This document shows positions 45,058-54,832 of a stretch of 64,000 nucleotides of DNA, one piece after another. Below the pieces are notes generated by a model, which was given only the letters and a program-made list of their open reading frames with translations, did no database searches and was not told where the DNA came from. A program made the position numbers and the translations under genes. Positions within the stretch are counted from its first letter, which is position 1. Each line of letters starts with the position of its first letter. The DNA comes from Candidatus Omnitrophota bacterium (lineage in GTDB: Bacteria; Omnitrophota; Omnitrophia; Omnitrophales; Aquincolibacteriaceae): positions 298-64,297 of the forward strand of contig JAHFHG010000006.1 of the NCBI GenBank assembly GCA_023247035.1. The letters run 5' to 3'.

Positions 45058-47916
45058 ATGGATGATTTTTGGGCGGAGCTAAAGCAGGCCGTGAGCGGCG
45101 AAGTCCGATTTGATGCGGGCACGCGCGCGATTTACTCCACCGACGCTTCGAATTACCGCCAGATTCCTCTCGGCGCCGTCCTCCCTCGAAACACAGAAGA
45201 CATTCTCCAAACCCTTTCCATTTGTAAAAAATACGGCGTTCCTCTTTTGATGCGCGGCGCAGGCACGAGTTTGGCCGGGCAGTGCTGCAATGCTGCGGTC
45301 GTGCTGGACACTTCGAAATATCTCAACCGGATCCTCGAAATGGATTGGGAAAACAAAACGGCCCGTGTTGAGCCCGGCGTTGTTCTCGATGACCTGCGAA
45401 AAGCCGCGTCTTCCCGCAATCTTACTTTCGGGCCCGATCCCGCAACGCACAACCGCTGCACATTGGGCGGGATGATCGGCAATAACGCCTGCGGGGTTCA
45501 CTCGGTTATGGCCGGAAAGACGGTGGATAATGTTGAGGAGCTTGAGATTGTCACTTACGGCGGATTAAGAATGACGGTCGGGAAAACTTCCGAACAAAAA
45601 CTTGAAAAAATAATCCTCGAAGGCGGAAGGCGCGGTGAGGTTTATGGAAAGCTCAAAAAAATCCGGGATCAGTGCGCTCCGCTTATCCGTTCCAAATTCC
45701 CCCGCATTCCACGCCGTGTTTCAGGGTACAACTTAGACCAGCTTCTTCCCGAAAACGGCTTTGACGTGGCCCGAGCTTTAGTCGGGACGGAGGGAACCTG
45801 CGCGGCAATCCTGCAGGCGAAGGTCAAACTTATTTTTAATCCGCCGGGCCGGGCTCTCCTGGCTCTGGGTTATCCTGATTTTTTCCGAGCCGGCGACGCG
45901 ATCCAAACGATTCTGCATTATCATCCTATCGGCCTGGAAGGAATGGACGAGCATTTTATCCGGAATATGAAAAAAAAGGCAATGCACCTTGAGGAAATCG
46001 CAATGCTGCCGGAAGGCAAAGGCTGGCTCCTGGTTGAATTCGGCGGAGCCGCGCAGGAAGAGGCGAACGAATCCGCGCGAAGGCTGATGAGCGATTTGGA
46101 AAAAATTCCGGGCCGGCCGGGCATGAAACTTTTTACGGATCCTGCAGCCCAGAAACGCGTGTGGTCGGTGAGAGAGTCCACTTTCGGCGCGAGTGTTTTT
46201 GTCCCGGGAGAGAAGGACACTTATGCGGGCTTCGAAGACTCGGCCGTTTCTCCTGAAAAATTGGGCGATTATCTCCGCGATCTTCAGAAACTTTTTCAAA
46301 AATACGATTACGACGCAGTCCTTTACGGCCACTTGGGCGACGGCTGCATTCACAGCCGGATTAGCTTCGATCTCAGGACCGATCCCGGAATAAAAAAATA
46401 CCGGGCGTTTTTGGAAGAGGCCGCGGATCTTGTGGTCCGTTACGGCGGATCGCTTTCCGGCGAGCACGGCGACGGCCAGACCTGGGGCGAGTTCTTGCCT
46501 AAAATGTTCGGGCCGGAGCTGATTCGGGCCTTCCGGGAATTCAAATCCGCGTGGGACCCGGACGGGAAAATGAATCCCGGCAAAGGAGTCGATAGTTATG
46601 GCGTGGATCAGCATTTGCGGCTCAAAGATTACGAGACCATTCCCCAGCCCGAAAGGCATTTTCAATTTTCCGAAGACCATAAAAATTTCACAAGAACCAC
46701 CGAGCGCTGCATCGGCATCGGCAAGTGTTTAAAAACAGACGAGGGCGTGATGTGCCCCAGTTTTATGGCCACGCGCGAAGAGAAACATTCCACGCGCGGC
46801 AGGGCTCGTCTGCTTCACGAAATGATGCGCGCGGAAGTGATTCAGGGCGGGTGGCGGGATGAACACGTCAAAGAGGCTCTTGATTTATGCCTCGCCTGCA
46901 AAGCCTGTAAAGCCGAATGCCCGGTCAACGTGGATATGGCCACTTATAAAGCGGAATTTTTATCCCATTATTATCAAGGACGTTCGCGGCCTTTGCGCGC
47001 TTATCTTTTCGGTTTGATGCCTTGGGGATTACAAATCGCGGGCCGCGTTCCGCAAGCCGCGAATTTTTTAACTCAGACGCCGTTTCTTTCCGGCTGGGTC
47101 AAGCATCTTGCGGGGATTGCGCCGGAAAGGAATATCCCTCGGCTCGCTCCGCAGAGTTTTGAGAGGTGGTTTCAAAAAAGGCCGCCAAGTCCTGAAGCCC
47201 GCCCTGAGGTGATCCTCTGGCCGGACACGTTTAATAATTTTTTTTATCCTCAAAACGCGGCCGCGGCTGTCGAGACGCTGGAATTTTTGGGTTATCGCGT
47301 CCGGCTTCCTCCGCAGTCTTTGTGCTGCGGCCGTCCGCTTTACGACTATGGAATGCTGGAAATGGCCAAACATTTTCTCAAACAAATTTTGCGCTCGCTC
47401 GAACCTTATCTTCGGCGCACAATTCCCGTGGTCGGCCTTGAGCCGAGCTGTGTCGCGGTATTCCGGGACGAACTTTTAAACCTCTTTCCGCAGGATGAGG
47501 TTGCCCGGCTCTTGAGCCGGCAGACTTTTCTTTTGAGTGAGTTCTTGGACAAACATTCGACAACGAGGGAATGGCCGGTTCTCGGCGGCAAGGCGCTTGT
47601 GCACGGGCATTGCCATCAGAAAGCGATTATGGGAATGGGAAGCACGGAGCGGGTTCTTTCCAGGCTCGGCGTGGATTTCGAAATCCTGGACGCGGGATGC
47701 TGCGGAATGGCGGGCGCATTCGGGCTGGAAAGAGAACACTACGCGGTCTCGGTTGAGATCGGCCGCCAGCGTTTGATTCCGGCGCTCGAAAAATGTCCGG
47801 AAGAAACGCGGATCCTTTCCGACGGCTTCAGCTGCCGGGAGCAGATCTTTCAGCTTGCCGGCCGGCGGCCGCTCCATCTCGCCCAGCTTGTGCATCAAGC
47901 GATTTTCCGGACCTAA
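45058..47916 (+). CDS. FAD-binding/Fe-S (GlcD-GlcF/YdiJ-like) oxidoreductase
   Basis: RGAGTSLAGQ, GGMIGNNACG, SGEHGDG, CIGIGKC, CLACKACKAECP, CCG motifs. Confidence 0.9.
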   Translation: MDDFWAELKQAVSGEVRFDAGTRAIYSTDASNYRQIPLGAVLPRNTEDILQTLSICKKYGVPLLMRGAGTSLAGQCCNAAVVLDTSKYLNRILEMDWENKTARVEPGVVLDDLRKAASSRNLTFGPDPATHNRCTLGGMIGNNACGVHSVMAGKTVDNVEELEIVTYGGLRMTVGKTSEQKLEKIILEGGRRGEVYGKLKKIRDQCAPLIRSKFPRIPRRVSGYNLDQLLPENGFDVARALVGTEGTCAAILQAKVKLIFNPPGRALLALGYPDFFRAGDAIQTILHYHPIGLEGMDEHFIRNMKKKAMHLEEIAMLPEGKGWLLVEFGGAAQEEANESARRLMSDLEKIPGRPGMKLFTDPAAQKRVWSVRESTFGASVFVPGEKDTYAGFEDSAVSPEKLGDYLRDLQKLFQKYDYDAVLYGHLGDGCIHSRISFDLRTDPGIKKYRAFLEEAADLVVRYGGSLSGEHGDGQTWGEFLPKMFGPELIRAFREFKSAWDPDGKMNPGKGVDSYGVDQHLRLKDYETIPQPERHFQFSEDHKNFTRTTERCIGIGKCLKTDEGVMCPSFMATREEKHSTRGRARLLHEMMRAEVIQGGWRDEHVKEALDLCLACKACKAECPVNVDMATYKAEFLSHYYQGRSRPLRAYLFGLMPWGLQIAGRVPQAANFLTQTPFLSGWVKHLAGIAPERNIPRLAPQSFERWFQKRPPSPEARPEVILWPDTFNNFFYPQNAAAAVETLEFLGYRVRLPPQSLCCGRPLYDYGMLEMAKHFLKQILRSLEPYLRRTIPVVGLEPSCVAVFRDELLNLFPQDEVARLLSRQTFLLSEFLDKHSTTREWPVLGGKALVHGHCHQKAIMGMGSTERVLSRLGVDFEILDAGCCGMAGAFGLEREHYAVSVEIGRQRLIPALEKCPEETRILSDGFSCREQIFQLAGRRPLHLAQLVHQAIFRT

Positions 47917-48035
47917 GCCTTCTTCGGGACGAAGGGACGAATGATTTGATTCGATTAAAACGCAAAGCGTCGCGCGCTCAAGATCGAAGCGGAATTGCAC
48001 AGCGGTAAAAAAAGTAAAAAGTGTGGAAAGCTAGA

Positions 48036-48209
48036 ATGAGAATCCGGGGATATGCGCATCAACCGACCTTGGATCAAATCCGCAGTTACAAAAAGCTTTC
48101 CCTGCGCGATAAACTGTCGGGGCTTGAAAGGGCTGTGCGATTTCCCGATAAGCTCGTGTGGGGAGGCTTTCCGGCGCGGAGAAATTTAATCCCTTGTCTC
48201 GAGGAGTAA
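48036..48209 (+). CDS. Small hypothetical protein, possibly degenerate
   Basis: LDQIRSYKKLSLRDKLSGLERAVRF amphipathic helix; no RBS. Confidence 0.3.
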   Translation: MRIRGYAHQPTLDQIRSYKKLSLRDKLSGLERAVRFPDKLVWGGFPARRNLIPCLEE

Positions 48210-48331
48210 TGCTTTGACCCGCAGTTGATTCTTTGTCAAACTTTTCCGAATTCTTTAAAGCAAAAGTTAAAAAAAGATAACATTCTTTCGAATCTGGAAT
48301 CCCCTTTTTCCCTTCCTTGTCTCGCCAATCC

Positions 48332-48360
48332 TTGCCAATCGAGATAAGTTTTGGTATAAA
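48332..48360 (+). promoter_or_regulatory. sigma70-type promoter of surA-pdxA-rsmA
   Basis: TTGCCA-17nt-TATAAA with TG extension, 10 nt before the ATG. Confidence 0.55.
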
Positions 48361-48370
48361 AGAAAGCCAA

Positions 48371-49342
48371 ATGGTCAAACGCCTGCTGTTTCTTGCCTTT
48401 ATTTTGATCCTGCCCCCGATCTCGCCGCTTTGGGCGGAGCGCCAGCTCCTTGACCGGATCATTGCGGTCGTCAACGAGGAAGCCATCACCCAAAGTGAAC
48501 TGGATTTTTTTCTCAAACCTCTTTATGAGCAGTACAAAAATCAATATGGCCAGACCCAGCTTATGGAAGTGCTTGCCGAAGCGCGGCAGAAATTGATGAG
48601 TCAGCTTATCGAAGACCGCCTTGTTTTTCAGGAAGCCAAAGAGCAGAAGATCGCCATCTCCGAAGAAGAAATTGAGGGGGAGATGAGTCAGTTTAAAAAA
48701 CGTTTCAAGACCGAACAGGAGCTTGAGGACGGCCTTCGCAAGGACGGCTTGACATTGAATGACGTCCGCGAGCGTTTGCAGCGCCAGGCGATGGTGCGCC
48801 GTCTTCAGGATATGGAAATCCGCTCGAAAATTGTAGTTTCTCCCATGGAAATCCAGAAATATTTTGAGGATCACCCCGCGGAATTTTCAAACCAGGAAAG
48901 TCTCAAAATCCGGTCGATTACCCTTAAGAAGAGTGAAGAGGCCCGGGAAAAGGGCCTGACCGACGAGCGTGCGAAAAACAAGGCGCTTGAATTAAGGCAC
49001 CGGATCCTTTCTGGGGAGGATTTCGGGGATTTGGCAAAACAGTACTCCGAGGACACCAACGCCAAATCCGAGGGGCTGAGCCAGTGGGTTGAAAAAGGGG
49101 AAATGATCCCGGCCATTGATGAGATCATCTTCAATATGAAAATAGGCGAGATCTCCCAGATGATTGAGACGCCGATGGGCTATCATCTCTTCCGGGTGGA
49201 GAAAAAAAGGGCCGGTCAAGCCAAGACGCTCGACGCCGCGCGCGATAAGATCCACGCCAAACTTTTCCAGGACAAGGCGAGGAAACGTTTTCAAGAATGG
49301 ATGCTGGAACTCAAACGCCATGCCTACATCTCGGTCCGCTGA
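48371..49342 (+). CDS. surA: SurA-like peptidyl-prolyl isomerase
   Basis: DRIIAVVNEEAITQSEL, parvulin domain GEDFGDLAKQYSED...ETPMGYHLF; synteny with pdxA-rsmA. Confidence 0.88.
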   Translation: MVKRLLFLAFILILPPISPLWAERQLLDRIIAVVNEEAITQSELDFFLKPLYEQYKNQYGQTQLMEVLAEARQKLMSQLIEDRLVFQEAKEQKIAISEEEIEGEMSQFKKRFKTEQELEDGLRKDGLTLNDVRERLQRQAMVRRLQDMEIRSKIVVSPMEIQKYFEDHPAEFSNQESLKIRSITLKKSEEAREKGLTDERAKNKALELRHRILSGEDFGDLAKQYSEDTNAKSEGLSQWVEKGEMIPAIDEIIFNMKIGEISQMIETPMGYHLFRVEKKRAGQAKTLDAARDKIHAKLFQDKARKRFQEWMLELKRHAYISVR

Positions 49343-49399
49343 TCCTGCCGTTCGCCCGCACATTTCTTTCCTTTTTAAGCCGCGCGTTTCTTGACTCTC

Positions 49400-50479
49400 A
49401 TGCGTAAACCGATCCCCCTCGCCGTCACGATGGGGGACCCGGGCGGTATCGGCCCCGAAGTGATCCTCAAGACATTCAAGCAGCGCCCGCTGGACCCCCA
49501 TTTCCGCTACGTCATTTTCGGCGTTCCGGAAGTTTTTGAGGCCCTCAAAAAAAAACAAGGGCTCGCATTTTCTTTTTATCCGGTTCAACGGTTCGAAAAA
49601 ATCCCTTTTGAGAAGCAGCGGATTTATTGCGTGGATGTTTCAGAGGAAGCCCGGCGGATTCTTCATCAAATCAAAACAAGACGTTCCGAAAAAAGAAGGA
49701 GTGAGGCTCGCGATCTCCATTTCGAAATCGGAAAAATATCTTTGGCCAACGCCGCCGCAGCCTATGCCGCGTTACAACAGGCCTGTCATTATGCGGCCCG
49801 TGGAAAAGTAAGCGCCCTTGTCACCGCCCCTGTCCATAAGATGTCGATGCGGGGGATTGACCCCCATTTTACCGGGCATACGGAATACCTGGCCGGACAG
49901 TCCCGGACGAAGGCCTTCGCGATGATGTTCGCGAGCCCGCGTTTGAACGTCACCCTTGTGACGATCCACGTTCCTTTAAAAAGCGTGAGCCGGCTCATTA
50001 CGCCTTCGGTTGTTTTTCAAAAAATCCGCCTGACCGACGAATTCTTAAAACGGTACTTTGGAATCCGCCGCCCCCACATTGCCGTTTGCGCCTTGAATCC
50101 GCACGGCAGAGAAACGGGCCGGGAAGATGAGGAAAAAATCAGGCCCGCAGTCCGGCTTGCTCAGAAAAAAAACATCCGGGCGGTGGGGCCGCTTTCCGCG
50201 GACCGGCTTTTTTTCGATGCTTATGAAGGGCGTTTTGACGCGGTCGTCAGTATGTACCACGACCAGGGATTAGCGCCCTTTAAAATGATTGCCTTTAGAG
50301 AGGGCGTGAATGTGACCCTCGGCCTTCCGTTTATCCGGACCAGCCCGGATCACGGAACCGCCTTTGACATTGCCGGCCAAGGCACGGCCGATCCCGTTTC
50401 GATGAAATCGGCATTATCGCTGGCCGAACAGCTTCTCAAAACCCGCCTTCACGCATCATTCGATGGCCACTCAGATTGA
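49400..50479 (+). CDS. pdxA: 4-hydroxythreonine-4-phosphate dehydrogenase
   Basis: TMGDPGGIGPE, GHTEYL, LNPH, MYHDQG, RTSPDHGTAFDIAG. Confidence 0.95.
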   Translation: MRKPIPLAVTMGDPGGIGPEVILKTFKQRPLDPHFRYVIFGVPEVFEALKKKQGLAFSFYPVQRFEKIPFEKQRIYCVDVSEEARRILHQIKTRRSEKRRSEARDLHFEIGKISLANAAAAYAALQQACHYAARGKVSALVTAPVHKMSMRGIDPHFTGHTEYLAGQSRTKAFAMMFASPRLNVTLVTIHVPLKSVSRLITPSVVFQKIRLTDEFLKRYFGIRRPHIAVCALNPHGRETGREDEEKIRPAVRLAQKKNIRAVGPLSADRLFFDAYEGRFDAVVSMYHDQGLAPFKMIAFREGVNVTLGLPFIRTSPDHGTAFDIAGQGTADPVSMKSALSLAEQLLKTRLHASFDGHSD

Positions 50480-51329
50480 GCTCATCAAAAAATACGGGCT
50501 TTCCATACGCGGCCACTCCGGACAGCACCTGCTCGCGGACCCCAATATGCAGCGCAAGGTCGTGAACCTTTTAGATCCGCAAACCGATGAAAAAATTTTG
50601 GAGATAGGTCCTGGATTGGGCGCCCTTACCGGAGAAATCCTCCGGCGCGGGGCGAGGCTTTGGGCGGTCGAAAAAGACAAACGTTTTGTTTCAATCCTGC
50701 GGAAGGAATTTGAGGATTTTATTCAATCGAAAAAATTTACGATTTTTGAGGAAGATTTTTTGAAATTTGATTTTCACAAGGTGCGCGATTTCAAAAAAAC
50801 AAAACTAAGAGTCATCGGCAATCTTCCTTATTACATTACGGCGCCGATTTTGTTTCATCTGATGGATCACCGTTCTCTGATTTCCGAGGCCGTGCTGACG
50901 ATTCAAAAAGAAGTCGCCGACCGGCTGACCGCCTCACCCGGATCAAAAAACTACGGAAGATTGACGCTGGCGCTCCGTTACGCGGCCCAAGCGGCGCGCC
51001 CTTTCGATATCCCGCCGGCCTGTTTCACGCCGAAACCGGAAGTGGTTTCCAGCGTGCTGAGCCTCAGATTTCATACCGCGGCCAGCCCGCTTAACGCGAA
51101 GGAAGAGAAATGGCTTTTTCACACGATTCAAACGGCCTTCAGCCAGCGGCGGAAGATGCTGCTTCATCTCATGATTCGCAATTCGAAATTAAAAATGACG
51201 CGCGAAGAGGCCGCAGGAATTCTATCTTCTTTGAATATTCCTCTCAAAGTCAGAGGAGAGGAATTGTTGCTCAAAGACTTTATCGCCCTGGCCAAGGCGT
51301 TAAAACCTTTCTTTGAAAGGAAAGGGTAG
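50463..51329 (+). CDS. rsmA: 16S rRNA dimethyladenosine methyltransferase
   Basis: GQHLL, EIGPGLGALT, NLPYYIT, QKEVADRL, FSQRRK. Confidence 0.96.
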   Translation: MATQIELIKKYGLSIRGHSGQHLLADPNMQRKVVNLLDPQTDEKILEIGPGLGALTGEILRRGARLWAVEKDKRFVSILRKEFEDFIQSKKFTIFEEDFLKFDFHKVRDFKKTKLRVIGNLPYYITAPILFHLMDHRSLISEAVLTIQKEVADRLTASPGSKNYGRLTLALRYAAQAARPFDIPPACFTPKPEVVSSVLSLRFHTAASPLNAKEEKWLFHTIQTAFSQRRKMLLHLMIRNSKLKMTREEAAGILSSLNIPLKVRGEELLLKDFIALAKALKPFFERKG

Positions 51330-51339
51330 AAATTTTTCG

Positions 51340-52590
51340 ATGCCTGAGCCCTCCAAAATTTGGGACGTGGCGGTCATCGGAGCCGGCGCGGCAGGGCTGA
51401 TGAGCGCGATTACGGCAAAACGCCGGGGAGCCGAGGTCATTCTCCTGGACGGCAAATCCAAAATCGGCGCCAAAATCCTTATGTCCGGAGGGACGCGCTG
51501 CAACCTCACCAATCAAAACGTCACCGAAAAGGATTTCGAAAGCGAGCACAAAAACGCGCTCAGAGCTGTTTTAAAGGCGTTTTCCTCGGAACACGCGGTC
51601 GAGTTTTTCCAAAATCTTGGAATCCAGGCGGTGCTTGAAGAAGGCGGCAAGTATTTTCCTTCCACTCATTCCGGGAGGGCCGTGCTGGAAGCCTTTCTCA
51701 AGGAAGTGAATCGATTGGGGATTTCGCTTGAAACTTCCCGGAAGGTTGGGTCGCTTGAATATCAGAACGGACGATTCCTGATTTGCGGCGAGGATTTTTC
51801 CTATTATTCCCGCGCGCTTGTGCTGACGACCGGCGGGCTTTCCTTTCCGGCCACGGGCAGCGACGGCGCGGGCTACGGAATGGCGAAACATTTTGGGCAT
51901 TCGCTTGTCCCGACCACGCCTTCTTTGACGCCGCTCCTCACGGAGGATCCGGATTGGAAAAGCCTAAGCGGCCTTTCGCTTCCCGTTTCCTTGAGCCTTT
52001 GGACGGATGGGAAAAAGAAAATCGCCTTCGAAGGGCCTCTTCTTTTTACGCACTTTGGATTCAGCGGCCCTTCAGCGCTCAATATCAGCCGCCACTGGAT
52101 ACGCCTTCGAAACGCAGATTTATTCGCGGATTTTCTTCCGGAGCTTTCTGAAGAGCGTTTGCGCGATAAGCTTTTGCTTCAAGCCGGGCGGCATCCGGGC
52201 CGGCGGCTTAAAAATATCTTGACCGAGGACCTGCCGGAACGTTTCGTCGAAGTTTTTCTTGCGAAACAGAAAATCCCGACGGCCTTGACGCTGAATCAGT
52301 TGAAACGGCCGGACCGCGAAGGTCTTCTGCGCCGTCTTTTTCATTTTCCTTTGAGGCCGAGCGGTTTTAAAGGGTATGAAAAGGCGGAAGTGACGGCCGG
52401 AGGAATTCCGCTTTCGGAAGTGGATAAAAATACAATGCAATCCAAGTTTCAGCCCGGATTATTTTTCGCCGGAGAAATTCTCGATGCCGACGGACGGATC
52501 GGCGGATTTAATTTCCAGTGGGCGTGGTCAAGCGGGGCTTTGGCCGGCCGCGCCGCGGCGGATTTGATCCGAACCCTCGATGTGAAATAG
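51340..52590 (+). CDS. HI0933/BaiN-family flavoprotein
   Basis: GAGAAG, KILMSGGTRCNLTN, TGGLSFP.TGSDG, GGFNFQWAWSSG. Confidence 0.92.
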   Translation: MPEPSKIWDVAVIGAGAAGLMSAITAKRRGAEVILLDGKSKIGAKILMSGGTRCNLTNQNVTEKDFESEHKNALRAVLKAFSSEHAVEFFQNLGIQAVLEEGGKYFPSTHSGRAVLEAFLKEVNRLGISLETSRKVGSLEYQNGRFLICGEDFSYYSRALVLTTGGLSFPATGSDGAGYGMAKHFGHSLVPTTPSLTPLLTEDPDWKSLSGLSLPVSLSLWTDGKKKIAFEGPLLFTHFGFSGPSALNISRHWIRLRNADLFADFLPELSEERLRDKLLLQAGRHPGRRLKNILTEDLPERFVEVFLAKQKIPTALTLNQLKRPDREGLLRRLFHFPLRPSGFKGYEKAEVTAGGIPLSEVDKNTMQSKFQPGLFFAGEILDADGRIGGFNFQWAWSSGALAGRAAADLIRTLDVK

Positions 52591-52670
52591 TGATGTGATT
52601 CTCATGATAGGTTGAGTAAAATAGCGGCACGGTTTTGAATTTATCTCTTGTGCAGGGAAGGAAATCGCGC

Positions 52671-53069
52671 GTGAGGGAAATCAATTTCAGAGTCTGGCAT
52701 ATCCAAGAAAGAAGAATGTATTTCCGCGGGTATCAAAAACTCTTCGGCGTTCTGCTTTGCGAGGATGACGGCGGAAAGAATGAAGGCCGGGGAATCCCGG
52801 TGAAGCGCGCCGGTTACGAAGACTGTATTTTTCTTGAAAATACCAGTTTAAAAGACAGAACCGGCAAAGAGGTATTCGAAGGGGATATCGTCCGCATCCG
52901 CATCAACGGAAAACAATATGAGGGCGTCGTCCCGGCGGTCCCTGATATGTTTAAGTCCAGGAAGCTTCATCCGCTGCAGGGCTTGTTTGGGAAATTCGGC
53001 TTGAATCCTGAAAACGGCGAAATCGAGATCGAAGTCATAGGAAATTCTTTTGAATCTAAACCCTTCTGA
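52671..53069 (+). CDS. YopX-family protein
   Basis: REINFRVW...TSLKDRTGKEVFEGDIV...IEVIGN. Confidence 0.8.
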   Translation: MREINFRVWHIQERRMYFRGYQKLFGVLLCEDDGGKNEGRGIPVKRAGYEDCIFLENTSLKDRTGKEVFEGDIVRIRINGKQYEGVVPAVPDMFKSRKLHPLQGLFGKFGLNPENGEIEIEVIGNSFESKPF

Positions 53070-53853
53070 GACCGTTCTGATCACGGGCGCTTCTTCAGGC
53101 ATAGGCTTTGAATTGGCGAAGCTGTTCGCGCGCGACGGTTACGGGCTTGTTCTGAATGCCAGAGACCCTGAGCGGCTGAATCAAGCCGCGAAACAGATTG
53201 AATCCCGATCCGGCGGACCGGTTTTGACCGCGGCCTGCGATCTTTCCAGGCCCGGCGGCCCTCTTGAGATTTCACGGATTTTAAAAGAGAAGAAAATAGA
53301 GCCCGATATCCTGATCAACAACGCCGGTTACGGGATTTACGGCTCTTTCGAAAAGACCGACCCGGCCCGCGAACTGGAAATGATTCAACTCAACATTTTA
53401 TCTTTGACGCACCTCACGAAATTATTTCTTCCCGCGATGCTTCGAAAAGGAAGAGGGAAAATTTTAAATGTCGCCTCGACCGCAGCCTTCCAGCCCGGCC
53501 CGCTGATGGCGGTCTATTATGCGACCAAGGCCTATGTTTATTCCTTCACGCGGGCGCTGAAGAGAGAATTAACGGGACGCGGAATCACGGTTTCCGTGCT
53601 TTGCCCGGGGCCGACGCGGTCCAATTTTCAGGATACCGCGGGGATTGATAAAAGGATTAAACTTTTTCAGACGACTTTGATGACGCCCGCGCAGGTCGCC
53701 GCGATCGCCTATCGAAAATTTAAAAATGGCAGGGAAGTGATTATCCCGGGCCTTGTCAACCAGATCTTTGCTTTGGGGAGCTGGCTTATGCCGGAAGGCC
53801 TTGTGATCGAGGCTGTCCATTTTTTGCAAAAAAGTAAGGCAAGGGACGTATAA
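53050..53853 (+). CDS. Short-chain dehydrogenase/reductase
   Basis: TGASSGIG, NNAG, YYATK, CPG. Confidence 0.92.
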   Translation: MNLNPSETVLITGASSGIGFELAKLFARDGYGLVLNARDPERLNQAAKQIESRSGGPVLTAACDLSRPGGPLEISRILKEKKIEPDILINNAGYGIYGSFEKTDPARELEMIQLNILSLTHLTKLFLPAMLRKGRGKILNVASTAAFQPGPLMAVYYATKAYVYSFTRALKRELTGRGITVSVLCPGPTRSNFQDTAGIDKRIKLFQTTLMTPAQVAAIAYRKFKNGREVIIPGLVNQIFALGSWLMPEGLVIEAVHFLQKSKARDV

Positions 53854-53936
53854 AAATTGTAAAATAGCTCCGTATTTCTTAATTTCAACTTGAGTTCGGC
53901 GAATTTCCGAATTCATAGAGTATCGCTCTTTGTGAG

Positions 53937-53974
53937 ACAAGCGGTTGTCATTCCCGATAAAAACATTCAATGAC
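53937..53974. repeat. Short (internally deleted) copy of the ATTCCCG-type repeat
   Basis: acaagcggttgtcattcccgataaaaacattcaatgac shares both ends with 42494-42642. Confidence 0.55.
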
Positions 53975-54098
53975 GGAAAGAAAAGCAAAATTTTAGGAAC
54001 TCAAGTTTCAATTGACATTTGACATCGGATTTAGGGAACGGCGCAATCATTCCGAGATCGTGGCGAAGATTTGCAAACAACCTTGAAGGAGGTATGAA

Positions 54099-54782
54099 AT
54101 GGATCAGAATACGGATTCGTATTCTTACGCGGGCGAGGTTCAGCAAAGTTTTATCCAGCGTGTCTATCAATGGATGGCGGCCGGTCTTGCCTTGAGCGGA
54201 TTCGTGGCCTTCTGGGCCTCGGGCCATCTGGGTTTAATGAAGGCTTTAGCGGGCGGCGGTTTTTTCGTCCTGATGCTGGCGGAACTCGGTCTTGTTTTTT
54301 GGCTTTCAGCTTCCGTGACAAAGATTTCAGCTCAAGCCGCTGTTTTGGGCTTTATGGTCTACTCGCTTCTTAACGGCCTGACGCTTTCCTTTATATTTTT
54401 GGTCTATACAGGCGCTTCGATTGCGGCTACTTTTTTTATCGCAGCCGCCAGCTTTGCGGGCGTGAGTCTATTCGGCTGGGCCACTCAGACCGACCTCACC
54501 TCGATCCGCGGGTTTCTTTTTATGGGCCTCCTCGGAGTCATTTTAGGAAGCGTGGCCAATCTTTTTTTCCATTCTTCCGCTTTCGATTGGCTGCTGACGT
54601 ACGCGGGCCTCGGTGTGTTCATCGGACTGACGGCGTATGATACGCAAGAGATCAAACGGATCCAGCAGAGCGGATCAGGATCGATGGAAGGGCTCGCCAT
54701 TTTAGGGGCCTTGCGCCTTTACCTGGATTTTATTAATATGTTTCTCCTGCTCCTGCGGCTGTTCGGCCGGAGACGGTCATGA
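54099..54782 (+). CDS. Bax inhibitor-1/YccA family membrane protein
   Basis: AGGAGG RBS, 7 TM, GLTAYDTQ, GALRLYLDFINMF. Confidence 0.92.
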   Translation: MDQNTDSYSYAGEVQQSFIQRVYQWMAAGLALSGFVAFWASGHLGLMKALAGGGFFVLMLAELGLVFWLSASVTKISAQAAVLGFMVYSLLNGLTLSFIFLVYTGASIAATFFIAAASFAGVSLFGWATQTDLTSIRGFLFMGLLGVILGSVANLFFHSSAFDWLLTYAGLGVFIGLTAYDTQEIKRIQQSGSGSMEGLAILGALRLYLDFINMFLLLLRLFGRRRS

Positions 54783-54832
54783 GGCGCTTAAATTTTTTCT
54801 GACAAGCTGAAATATAGGATCCATGATGAGCC

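Noticed and set aside
45778-46680. 300-aa antisense ORF and similar long shadow ORFs (2473-3111, 21145-21807, 25298-25975, 39732-40409, 58007-58888)
   Set aside because: Antisense to well-supported genes, as expected from codon bias.
48036-48209. Antitoxin of a toxin-antitoxin pair
   Set aside because: No partner toxin or NTase gene is adjacent, and the resemblance is only impressionistic.
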